From an uncultured bacterium (GTDB lineage: Bacteria > Gemmatimonadota > Gemmatimonadetes > Gemmatimonadales > GWC2-71-9): a DNA stretch of 64,000 nucleotides. The notes under the pieces were generated by a model. The model worked only from the letters and a program-made list of their open reading frames with translations. It had not been told where the DNA came from and did no database searches. Below are positions 22,446 to 31,350 of the stretch, in pieces. How positions within the stretch are numbered: position 1 is the first letter of the stretch; every line of letters starts with the position of its first letter. The DNA lies in assembly GCA_965651205.1 (NCBI GenBank), contig CBFGRM010000002.1:15321-79320 (forward strand). The letters run 5' to 3'. The translations under genes and the position numbers were made by a program.

Positions 22446-23356
22446 CTGGCGAGGTGCATCCGCAGGTCGGTCCACTGGACCTGGAAGCGCTCGGCGATTA
22501 GGGCACCAAATAGGTCGCCGTAGTCTGACTGGCAGCGCAGCGAAACGTGGGCCGCACCGCGTCGCGCCGCCTCGGTGGAGACACCGCGGATCACCGTCAT
22601 CGCGACGAACCGGTCCACCGCCACCAGCTTGAGGATCCTCACGTCGTCGGTGGGGTGATCGTTGACCAGTGCGGCGTGGTGCCACAGGGCGAAGCCACGC
22701 AGGCTGCCGGCCTCGTCGCTCACCAGCAGCACATCACCGAGGCCGAGTTCGAGCGTGATCCGGATTTCACGGGAGTAATCTCCCGCGCCGCCCACGGCTG
22801 CCACCAGTTCACGACAGTGCACGACGGCAGCTTCGCGCTCGACGTCAGGCAACCGACTCAACAACTGGCCAGTGCCGTGGTAGCTGGAGCTGGCATCGCC
22901 CTGCATCGACACCGTCAGCGGGCCGGGCCGGAAACCCAGGGTGGAGTAGAAGCCGATGTTGTCCACGGTGCGCGGCATAGTCTCCAGGCCGATCGTGGTG
23001 ACACCGGCGGCGGATAGCCACTGCACCGCCTCCATCACGATCCGGCGACCGAGGCCGCGTCCCTGATGGTCCTGACGGACGGCCAGCGGACCCATCCAGC
23101 CCTCCCGCCCGGAGAGATGCGCCAGGTTGAACGCGATCAGTGCTCCGCGACCATCCCGCCACAGCATCGCGCCCTCGCCGGCATTGCTGATCGCGTATCG
23201 CCAGACGGCGGGATTGAGGTACGGCACTCGCACGCCGTGGAGCCCGTCGCGACGATAGCGATCGGTGAATGCCTCGCTGAACAGCTTGTTGAGCTGGGCG
23301 ATATCGGCCGTGGTGGCCGGCGTGGGTCCGACGATGCCACGGTCAGTCCGCCACAT
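22394..23356 (-). CDS. GNAT-family N-acetyltransferase with a C-terminal extra domain
   Basis: Acetyl-CoA motif RQDHQGRGLGRRIVMEAVQW. 320 aa, ending in LSNWEI. Its 3' end overlaps the kinase 3' end by 52 nt (convergent). Confidence 0.7.
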   Translation of the reverse strand: MWRTDRGIVGPTPATTADIAQLNKLFSEAFTDRYRRDGLHGVRVPYLNPAVWRYAISNAGEGAMLWRDGRGALIAFNLAHLSGREGWMGPLAVRQDHQGRGLGRRIVMEAVQWLSAAGVTTIGLETMPRTVDNIGFYSTLGFRPGPLTVSMQGDASSSYHGTGQLLSRLPDVEREAAVVHCRELVAAVGGAGDYSREIRITLELGLGDVLLVSDEAGSLRGFALWHHAALVNDHPTDDVRILKLVAVDRFVAMTVIRGVSTEAARRGAAHVSLRCQSDYGDLFGALIAERFQVQWTDLRMHLASHPEPATTGIVLSNWEI

Positions 23357-25757
23357 CCACCAGCTCCGGAGTGTCGTCGTGCAGCGTGCTCACACCGCGC
23401 TCGACATCGTATTCCACCCGCACCACGCGATCGAACGCATCCCGGAGCGATTCGATGTGCGAGATGACGATCACCTGCGGGAAGTGGTCCTCGAGCGCCC
23501 GCAGCAGGTCGACCACCGCGGTGCGCCGCTCGTCGTCGAGCGAGCCGAACACTTCGTCGAGCACCAGCAGTGACAGCGGCTGCCCGGCGCGCTCCGCGAT
23601 CATCTCCGAGATCGCCAGTCGAAGCGCGAGGTGCAGCACGTCCTGTTCGCCGCCGGAAATCACCGGCTTGACCTCGCCGTCCTCCACCACGGTCGTGAAG
23701 TAGTTCTCGTCCAGCTCCACGTCGTCGTAGCGGTGACGGGTCAGTTCGGCCAGGAAGCGTGACGCGCGCTCGCGAAGCTCGGGCCGCAATTGCTGGTTGA
23801 GCGCGGTGCGCAGCTCGGCGATGGCCCGGTCGAGTTCGTTCCAGCGGTCAAGCTCGCGCGCCAACTTGTAGGCGATCTCCGCCTTTGCGGCACGATCGGC
23901 CCGGCGATCCAGCGCGGCCACGTGGACCTGCTCGGCGCCTGCCACCGTCGCCACTGCCCTCGTGAGCGAGATCTCGGCCTCCTGCACCTGGGCGCGGGCC
24001 GCCTTGAGGCGCCCGTCCACCTCGGCGAACCGATCCTGATCCCACTGCAGCGCGGTCATCCTGCGATCGATCTCCTCGAGCACCTCCTCGGTTGCGGTGG
24101 CGGCCTGTTCCGCCCGGGCAGCTTCGGCCGTCAGCGCCGCGGCGGCTGCGGCCTGCCCGCTCAACTGATCGTGCTGGCTCCGGAGCGGCTCCAGCTCGGC
24201 GATCCGGGCTCGCACCGACTCGTGACGAGCGGCGTCGTAGCTGGCTGCTGGCCCTGCGAGGGACTGGTCGAGCGCCACCAACTCGCGCTGGAGAGTTGCC
24301 GCTTCCTCCACCAGGCGGAGCCGACGGGCGCGCTCGCCTTCGGCCGAGGCCTGGGCCTCGGTGGTCGCCTGCACCAGGGCCGCCGCCGCGCGTCGCTCCT
24401 CCTCGAGGCGAGTCACGTCCTCCGGCGCGGCGCGCAACTGCTCGACGCGCTGGCGATAATAGTTGCCGCTGGCCTCGGTCTCCTCCATCTGGGCATCGAG
24501 CTTGTCGAAGGTGTGGGTCACGTCGTCACCCAGCGGGCGCTGGCAGAAAGGACAGGTGCCGTCGGGACCGGCCACTTCAATTGCCCGGCGCTGCTCGCGC
24601 AGTTCCTTGTATCGATCGCGATAGAAGTCGAGCTTGGTGCGTGCCTCCTGCTCGTCCTGCTTCCAGCGGGTGCGCCGCTCCTCGAGGCGTTCGTCGATGG
24701 CGCTGAGCGCGGTGGCGGCGGCGGTGCGGGCAGCAATCCGTTGTTGCACCACGGCGTCGTCGGCCAGGGTTGCCAGTTCCCGGGTCACGTCGGCTTGTCT
24801 TGCCATCACCTGATCGCGTCGCGCGACGGCCTTGCTTCGCGCCGTGACCGCGGTGGCGGCTTCGTCGAGCGACTGTCGCTCCGCCACCAGCGCGGGCCAG
24901 TCTGCCAGCAATTTCGACAGCGGCTCCAGCCTGCTGCGCGCATCGAGCGCTGCGGCGAGCTGCTTGTCGAGTGCCTCCAGCGCCGAGCGTGCGGCAGTCA
25001 CCCGTGCCTCGGCGACCCGGCGTTCTCCCTCGAGTCCCTGCCAGGCGGTGCGTCGCTGGGACAGCTCCAGCCAATCGGGTTCCACGCTGGCAACCAGTTC
25101 GGCCGCCGCCGCTGCCTGCTGCTGGGCCGCCACTTGCGAGGCACGCGCGGTTTCCAGGGCTGCGGCAGCCTGCGCCAGTGCACCGTCGAGTTCCTCGGGG
25201 TCGCTCAGTCCCTGCTCGATGCCGCTCAGCTCGGCGCGACGCTCGGAGCGTCGGGTCCGGAGCAGATCCTGCATCTCCCGCAACTTCTCGTAACCCAGCA
25301 CCCGCGACAGGAATCGGCCCCGCTCCATCGGTGACATCGACGCCATCACCGCCAGTTCCTTCTGGCCGGTGAAGTAGGTGTTGAAGAACTCGTCGCGCTG
25401 CATCCCGAGCAGGCCCTGGACCCGCTCGCTCACCGCAGTGGCGCCGTTGGCTATCGCTGAACCGTCAAGCAGCAGCTCAGCGTTGGTCAGGCTGCGGCTC
25501 AGGCGATAGTTGTGCTGGCCGAGCACGAAGTCGAGGATCACCTCGACCCTTGCCCGCGGCGGTGCGCCGCGACGCTTGATCGTCTCCCTGGTGCCACGGG
25601 CGGCGGGATTGCCGTACAGCGCCCACGCTATCGCCTCCAGCAGGGTGCTCTTGCCCGAGCCGTTGGGGCCGACCACCGCCAGCATTCCGGGACCCAGCTC
25701 GAGGTCGGTCCGTTCGTGCTGCCGGAAGTTGCGGAGCGACAGACGGAGGAGCTGCAT
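23343..25757 (-). CDS. sbcC: SbcC/Rad50-family ATPase
   Basis: N-terminal LRNFRQHE...VVGPNGSGKSTLLEAI, long coiled coils with a CPFC zinc hook, and the C-terminal signature SGGEQ plus LLVLDEVFGSLD. Confidence 0.85.
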   Translation of the reverse strand: MQLLRLSLRNFRQHERTDLELGPGMLAVVGPNGSGKSTLLEAIAWALYGNPAARGTRETIKRRGAPPRARVEVILDFVLGQHNYRLSRSLTNAELLLDGSAIANGATAVSERVQGLLGMQRDEFFNTYFTGQKELAVMASMSPMERGRFLSRVLGYEKLREMQDLLRTRRSERRAELSGIEQGLSDPEELDGALAQAAAALETARASQVAAQQQAAAAAELVASVEPDWLELSQRRTAWQGLEGERRVAEARVTAARSALEALDKQLAAALDARSRLEPLSKLLADWPALVAERQSLDEAATAVTARSKAVARRDQVMARQADVTRELATLADDAVVQQRIAARTAAATALSAIDERLEERRTRWKQDEQEARTKLDFYRDRYKELREQRRAIEVAGPDGTCPFCQRPLGDDVTHTFDKLDAQMEETEASGNYYRQRVEQLRAAPEDVTRLEEERRAAAALVQATTEAQASAEGERARRLRLVEEAATLQRELVALDQSLAGPAASYDAARHESVRARIAELEPLRSQHDQLSGQAAAAAALTAEAARAEQAATATEEVLEEIDRRMTALQWDQDRFAEVDGRLKAARAQVQEAEISLTRAVATVAGAEQVHVAALDRRADRAAKAEIAYKLARELDRWNELDRAIAELRTALNQQLRPELRERASRFLAELTRHRYDDVELDENYFTTVVEDGEVKPVISGGEQDVLHLALRLAISEMIAERAGQPLSLLVLDEVFGSLDDERRTAVVDLLRALEDHFPQVIVISHIESLRDAFDRVVRVEYDVERGVSTLHDDTPELVDVAD

Positions 25758-26933
25758 TCAGGCCTCCTGCTCCGCCCGCTCCACGTCGGCGAGCAGTGCG
25801 GTTCCGTCGGCCACGAACTGATCCCGGTCGATTCCCTTGGGAAGGGGCCGGTTGCGCAGGTGCTGCTTGAGTTCGTCACCCAGCGTCCGGCGGGTTCCCG
25901 GGGCGCCCGCTCCGCCACGCAGTCGAGCCGGTTCGGGTCGGCGCAGGTCGAGGTGGAAGTGCAGCGCAGCCGACTTCCATTGCCGGATGGCAGTGTGATT
26001 GAGTTCGCGGGCCAGGGTGCGCGACACGTTGCGGACCACTTGGCGCACCACCGCATCATCGATCCCGCCCGAGACACTCTCCACCGCCTCCTCCAGCAGC
26101 CGATCAAGTTCGGTGGCTGAAAGGTCGACTGCGTCGAGCCAGGGGAGGTCGAGCACCCGACGCGGGGCCGCTATCGGCTGTCGCTCCACCGTGCCCTGCT
26201 CGAGATCCACCAGCAACCATCCCTTGCCGCGGATCTTCTCCTCGCGCTCGACGCGCAGTTCGCCCCACGGATTGGAGGAGACGTAGTCGAGCGAACCGGC
26301 ATACCAGACCAGGTCGCGCACCCTGTGCTGCACGTGATAGTGACCCAGCGCGACGTAGTTCCACGCACCACCGGCGATGTCGGCCTCGGTGAGGTGGGCG
26401 CCACCCGGTTCCTCGATGTCGCGATGCCGGCCGAACAGGCCGGGGGTCTCGCCGTGCAGCACCAGCACCTGGTATCGCTCGGGCCCGGCGGGTTCCATCG
26501 CGATCCGCGGCTGGGTGAACAGCGCCTGATGCGGCACCGCGAGCACCGACAGGTCGCCCAGGCTGAACCGCCGTGCGTCGTGGTGGGCCACGTGCACGCC
26601 GATCGCATCGAACAGCCCGAGAATCGACGCCGTCTCGGTCGAGCGCGGCGAGTCGTGGTTGCCGGCGATCAGCACGACAGGCACGCCGGTCAGTGCCTGT
26701 CGCAGCCGGCTGAACTGGCGGTATGCTTCCAGGATCGCGGAGTTGGGCGGTCGCACCTGCTCAAACAGGTCGCCGGCAATGATCACCGCATCAGGCGCGG
26801 CCGCGATCACGCCGGTGATCGCGCTGGCAAAAGCGGCAGCAACATCGGCCTCGCGCTGGTTGCGACCCCGCGGGGTGAGGCGGGTGTAGCGACGGAAGCC
26901 GAGATGTGGATCGGCGATGTGGGCGATGCGCAT
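25758..26933 (-). CDS. sbcD: SbcD/Mre11-family nuclease
   Basis: The calcineurin-like phosphoesterase motifs IADPHLG, IAGDLF, IAGNHD and GHYH are present. It is adjacent to sbcC. Confidence 0.9.
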   Translation of the reverse strand: MRIAHIADPHLGFRRYTRLTPRGRNQREADVAAAFASAITGVIAAAPDAVIIAGDLFEQVRPPNSAILEAYRQFSRLRQALTGVPVVLIAGNHDSPRSTETASILGLFDAIGVHVAHHDARRFSLGDLSVLAVPHQALFTQPRIAMEPAGPERYQVLVLHGETPGLFGRHRDIEEPGGAHLTEADIAGGAWNYVALGHYHVQHRVRDLVWYAGSLDYVSSNPWGELRVEREEKIRGKGWLLVDLEQGTVERQPIAAPRRVLDLPWLDAVDLSATELDRLLEEAVESVSGGIDDAVVRQVVRNVSRTLARELNHTAIRQWKSAALHFHLDLRRPEPARLRGGAGAPGTRRTLGDELKQHLRNRPLPKGIDRDQFVADGTALLADVERAEQEA

Positions 26934-28876
26934 CAGTAGGGCGCGAAGGGGTCGTCGGGGTCGTGTGCCAGCGGTGTCGTTCCCTGCGGCGGCAGCCCGC
27001 GTTCGGCGGGAATCACCCGCCGCAGGCAGCCGCGGAACAGTGCCAGCACGTCGTCCGGTTGTTCGCGGACCACCACACCCAGGGCTCGACGCACTTCTGC
27101 CTCGGGCCTGCCTTCGATCGCGGCCATCACCGCATCGGAACTGATGCGCGGATCGAGGCGACGCAATCGGGTGACCACCGCGTCACCAAACGGCACGTCG
27201 GCCACCGGTGGAAAGCGCTCCACTCCCTCGCGTCCCGACAGCACCGAGGGCCTGGGGAAGCGGACGAACACCGGTTGGGTGAAGTGCGGATGCCGCAGCA
27301 TCAACTCACCCTTGGCCAGCGAGGCAAGCTTGGCCCGCACCGCGTTGGAGAGCGTGGCGTATCCCGGCTGCGCCAACTCGTCGCCGTCCATCCGGCCGTA
27401 GGCAGAAGTGCCGGCATTGCCGACCACCCTCCGCAGCACCTGCGAACGGAACTGCTGCGCGGAGAACAGCACCAGCCCCAGATACCTGCCACGCTCCGAC
27501 AGATCGAGCAGCATCCGCTTGACGTAGGTCTCGTGACCGTCGGTGGATGCGTACTTGTTGAGCTCATCGACGAACACGATCACGTTGTCGACACCGAGGT
27601 CGCGACGCTCCAGATGTTCACGGAGCCGCGAGATCACCCGTGCGAACACCAGGTCCTGCGCCAGGGGGTCGACTCCCGCGACGTCCAGCACGGTGACGGA
27701 CCGGTCGCGGAACTCACCCCACGGCAGGTCGTTGGCCACGCCGTCGTCGGTCACCAACCCCTTTGACCGCGTGGCGACGTTGCCGAGTCGGTTGCGGACC
27801 TTGCGGATCGTGGCAACGTGATGGGTCCGCCACACCTCCGGCCCGCGCCTGTCGGTCTCGAGGTAGTCGAAGATTGCCCGGAACAATTCATCGAGATCCC
27901 GGAAGGAAGCGACCTCGAACGGCGCTCCGCGCAGCTCGGGCGCTTCGAAGCGCTTGCCCACCACCCGTTCCGCCAGGAAGTCGATCAGCGCACCGGCCTT
28001 GGCGTCCACGTCATCCCGGTTGAGCACCACCTCGGCGTAGTCGAGGATCTCGCGCAACCCCCACACCAGCGGCTCGACCCGATCGGCCAGGTCGGGATGG
28101 CTGCGGAGCGTGTTGATGTTGACCCCGTCGGGCTTGTAGGGCGCGTATACGGTGACGTCGGAGAACGGCGTCGCGTGCAGCCCCAGCCGCTGCCACAGCT
28201 CCAGATCGGCGTCGCCCAGCGGTGCCGGCTGGTCCAGGAAGCAGAGATCGGGACCCTTCACGTTGAAGCACACGGCCGCCACACTGCCCCGACTCGGCGG
28301 CAACTTCTGGAAGATGCTCGACAGCAGGAAGGTCACCGCACTGGTCTTGGTGGCCAGGCCGGAGACACCGGTGATGTTGAGATGCGCCGCCTCGGGACCA
28401 AGCAGGAAGTCGGCATCGAGTTGCACCGGCGCCGACGTGCCGCCGGCGGCGTAGAGACCGATCGGCACACCGCGCGGATCGTCGCCACTGGTGTAGGCGT
28501 CCATCCGGAGTGCGACGCTCACGTCGGCATCGTCAGCCATAGTGACGCCGCCGAACGGCACCGGCTGCATCGGATCCTCGGGGAGTTGCCTGAGCACCGC
28601 CGCGGTCCAGAGCCGGATCTCGGGGCGAAGCGTCGGTTCGCCACCAGCTCGGAGAGGATCACCGTCAGCACCGATAACCGCGTCGAGCGGCCGGGCCAGG
28701 TCGGCGTATGCGAACGCCTCGGTGACAACGCCGAACACGGTTCGGTCCTCGTGGTCGACACGAACGATGCTGCCGATGCCGATCGTGGTTTCGACCGCGG
28801 TCCAGAACCGGAACTCGTGCGGGGTGCTGGGCCGCAACTCGGTGGCGACGACGCGCCCGATCACGGTACCGCTCAC
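26933..28876 (-). CDS. herA: HerA-like (FtsK/HerA superfamily) ATPase
   Basis: The GTG start at 28876 overlaps the nurA-like stop (GTGA). Walker B is VIVFVDELNKY and the P-loop-like segment is GVSGLATKTS. The stop overlaps the sbcD start. Confidence 0.65.
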   Translation of the reverse strand: MSGTVIGRVVATELRPSTPHEFRFWTAVETTIGIGSIVRVDHEDRTVFGVVTEAFAYADLARPLDAVIGADGDPLRAGGEPTLRPEIRLWTAAVLRQLPEDPMQPVPFGGVTMADDADVSVALRMDAYTSGDDPRGVPIGLYAAGGTSAPVQLDADFLLGPEAAHLNITGVSGLATKTSAVTFLLSSIFQKLPPSRGSVAAVCFNVKGPDLCFLDQPAPLGDADLELWQRLGLHATPFSDVTVYAPYKPDGVNINTLRSHPDLADRVEPLVWGLREILDYAEVVLNRDDVDAKAGALIDFLAERVVGKRFEAPELRGAPFEVASFRDLDELFRAIFDYLETDRRGPEVWRTHHVATIRKVRNRLGNVATRSKGLVTDDGVANDLPWGEFRDRSVTVLDVAGVDPLAQDLVFARVISRLREHLERRDLGVDNVIVFVDELNKYASTDGHETYVKRMLLDLSERGRYLGLVLFSAQQFRSQVLRRVVGNAGTSAYGRMDGDELAQPGYATLSNAVRAKLASLAKGELMLRHPHFTQPVFVRFPRPSVLSGREGVERFPPVADVPFGDAVVTRLRRLDPRISSDAVMAAIEGRPEAEVRRALGVVVREQPDDVLALFRGCLRRVIPAERGLPPQGTTPLAHDPDDPFAPY

Positions 28877-29799
28877 GCCGGCCTCGCCCGCAACCAGCGT
28901 TCGACATCGTGCACGCCGTACAGCAACCGGTCCCGCCTCGGGTCGTTCGACAACGGCGCCCGCTCCGCCAGCAACCAGCGCGCGAGCATATCGGCATCGC
29001 CAGAGAGCGGGCCTGAGGCCGCGGTCTCGATCCGCACCAGTCCGTGCATCAGGTCGTGCCCCTGCCAGGGCCAGAGCCGGAGTCCCCACGAGTGAACCGG
29101 GGTGAGCTGCCTGGTGTCGGGAGTGAAAATCGAAGTGCGGTGCCCTGAAGGCAGTGTCAGGTAGGTCTCGAGCTCGCCACCCGCAAACCAGAGCGTTGCG
29201 TGGCTCTTGATCACGCCCACGATGCGCGGATCGGTCGACCAGTCTGGTGACGCCGTGATGGTGCCGTCGACCACCAGCCACTCCGCAGGTGCGCTGCGGC
29301 GAAACTCGCGCGCCACCTCGATTTCGAGCCGGATCCTGATCCGTTCGACCAGTGCTCTACCGCGATCGAGGTCGGCGATCGGATGCGCTGGCTCATCCGC
29401 AACAATCGGCACCGCCTCGACACCGTCGGGCAGTTCCCCGAAGGCGTCGAGTGCCTCGGCACGGCCGACCATCACGAACGCATCGCGATTCACCACGCCC
29501 TGGGTACGACGATCTACCCTGCGCCGGATCCCGGCAGCAACCCGCCCAGCCACGATCGGCGAAGTGCCGACGTGGCCGATCAGGTGGCTCTCCTGGATCC
29601 CGTCGAGGAATGCCACGGGCCCGGGCCAGGCGGTGGCCGGTCCGGGATCGATCGCGCGCAGTGGTGGTTCGAGCACTGCCGCGCTGCCGTATCCCGCAGT
29701 GTCGATGCGACTGGTGAGTGCCGTGATTGCCGCGTGCGACGGACGACCACCGATGAGGGACAGGCGACGCCGCACGGCGTGGAAACGGGGGTCGCTCAT
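28873..29799 (-). CDS. nurA: NurA-like nuclease
   Basis: The FLDGIQES and WLVVDGTI acidic motifs resemble NurA catalytic Asp motifs. It sits immediately upstream of herA. Start is set at ATG 29799. Confidence 0.5.
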   Translation of the reverse strand: MSDPRFHAVRRRLSLIGGRPSHAAITALTSRIDTAGYGSAAVLEPPLRAIDPGPATAWPGPVAFLDGIQESHLIGHVGTSPIVAGRVAAGIRRRVDRRTQGVVNRDAFVMVGRAEALDAFGELPDGVEAVPIVADEPAHPIADLDRGRALVERIRIRLEIEVAREFRRSAPAEWLVVDGTITASPDWSTDPRIVGVIKSHATLWFAGGELETYLTLPSGHRTSIFTPDTRQLTPVHSWGLRLWPWQGHDLMHGLVRIETAASGPLSGDADMLARWLLAERAPLSNDPRRDRLLYGVHDVERWLRARPA

Positions 29800-29809
29800 T
29801 GCGTGGTGA

Positions 29810-31012
29810 TCAGGCCCTGCCGGTTTCGCCGATGAAGCGCACCAGGCGATCGGTTGCTTCCTCCAGCTCGGTGTCGGAAACGCTGTATGACAGCCGCACC
29901 CAGCGATCATCGCCGAACGCTCCACCGGGCACCAGTGCAACTCCCTCTCGCGCCATCAACTGCTGGCAGAACTCCATTCCGGTGCGCGGCGTGCCGCCCT
30001 GCAGGCCGTCGACCCGGAAGAACAGATAGAAGGCGCCGTGCGGCTCGACGAACTCCACCCCCGGCAACTGATCCTGGTACCGCGCCACCAGGTAATCGCG
30101 ACGACGCCGGAAGGCTGCCACCATCCGATCCACTTCGGCATCGACGGCGGGATCGGCAAAGGCGGTCGCCGCGGCCCACATCGCGGGGTGATTGGCACCG
30201 GTCGTGGTGTGGGACTGCAAGGCCGCCATCGCCTTGACCAACTCGGGCGGTGCCCACGCGGCGCCGATCCGCCAGCCGGTCATCGCGTACGCCTTCGACG
30301 CACCGAAGATCATCACGGCTCGCTCGAGTGCAGCATCATCCAGGTCGAGAATCGACGGCGCCGGACCGCCCCCGTAATTGATCCGGCGATAGATCTCGTC
30401 ACTGATCAGCCAGATGCCGTGACTCGCAGCCCATTGGCTGATCGCGCGCAGTTCGGCTTCCGTGTAGACCGCACCGGTAGGGTTGCACGGCGAGCAGATC
30501 ACCAGTCCCTTGACGCGGGGATCGCGGTGACGCTCCAGGTCGTCGACGCTCACCTTCAGGCCCCACTCGGGATCGCCACTCACCGACACCGGCTCTGCCC
30601 GGGTCAGGTGGACGATCTGCGGATACGAGACCCACGCGGGACTGGGAATCAACACCTTGTCGCCAGGACCGAACAGCGAGAAGCAGGCGTTGAACAACGC
30701 CTGCTTGGAGCCGTTGCTGACGATGATCCGTGCCGGATCGACATCGCGTCCCGGACTCATCCGGCCGAGTGCTCCTGCCATCGCCTCGCGCAACGGTGCG
30801 ATGCCCACGTTGGGCGGATAGCGGGTCTTGCCCTCACGGATTGCTGCTATGCCCGCTTCGGCGACTGCCGACGGGGTCGAAAAATCGGGTTCGCCCACGC
30901 CGAGGTCGAGCACGTTTTCGCCTGCCGCCTGTCGCCGCTTTGCCTCGGTGCTGATTGCGACGGTGGCGGAAGCTTCGAGGTGTTCAAGATTGGCAGACCG
31001 CTGGAAGGACAT
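29810..31012 (-). CDS. aspartate/aromatic aminotransferase (class I)
   Basis: LDLGVGEPDFSTP, CSPCNPTG, and the PLP-lysine SKAYAMTGWRIG are present. Start is set at ATG 31012. Confidence 0.85.
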   Translation of the reverse strand: MSFQRSANLEHLEASATVAISTEAKRRQAAGENVLDLGVGEPDFSTPSAVAEAGIAAIREGKTRYPPNVGIAPLREAMAGALGRMSPGRDVDPARIIVSNGSKQALFNACFSLFGPGDKVLIPSPAWVSYPQIVHLTRAEPVSVSGDPEWGLKVSVDDLERHRDPRVKGLVICSPCNPTGAVYTEAELRAISQWAASHGIWLISDEIYRRINYGGGPAPSILDLDDAALERAVMIFGASKAYAMTGWRIGAAWAPPELVKAMAALQSHTTTGANHPAMWAAATAFADPAVDAEVDRMVAAFRRRRDYLVARYQDQLPGVEFVEPHGAFYLFFRVDGLQGGTPRTGMEFCQQLMAREGVALVPGGAFGDDRWVRLSYSVSDTELEEATDRLVRFIGETGRA

Positions 31013-31261
31013 TACGAATCCGGGGCGAACGGTGAAGTCGACTGGGAAGCCCAAACCTCCCCGCCTTTCGGGCTGCTGTCAACTTGCCGGAGCAGCCCGA
31101 GTGGTGCCCTGAGCGGCTTGGATCCCCCGCCGGGATCGGCTACGATTGTATCGGCCTTCGAGGCGACGACGCTGGTACCGGGTTCGATCGGATCTGAAAT
31201 CGCGACCCGCAGGCGGGGCTTCTGATCGCGACTGCCCCAAGCCCGAGCACGGACCGGTCGG

Positions 31262-31316
31262 TTCACCGACACCGGCGGCTTAAGCCGCAGGCCGAGTCGC
31301 GGGTTTGCCCGCGAGC
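31262..31316. repeat. dispersed copy of the double-hairpin module found in the 284..840 array
   Basis: CACCGACACCGGCGGCTTAAGCCGCAGGCCGAGTCGCGGGTTTGCCCGCGAGC aligns with 512..564 and 715..767. The stems are preserved by paired substitutions. Confidence 0.8.
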
Positions 31317-31350
31317 ATCGGGAACGACATTGACAATCGAGAGTGGCGAG

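Noticed and set aside
22394-31054. The idea that the HerA/NurA/SbcCD/GNAT block is a mobile defence island.
   Set aside because: There are no integrase, transposase, tRNA target, flanking direct repeats or compositional break visible by eye. The gene set matches the known DNA end-resection module. It is kept as a finding only for its rarity in bacteria.
31170-31200. A tRNA-like T-arm (GGTACCGGGTTCGATCGGATC) in the 340-bp intergenic region.
   Set aside because: The flanks do not form acceptor, D or anticodon stems, and the T-stem itself does not pair, so this is not a tRNA.
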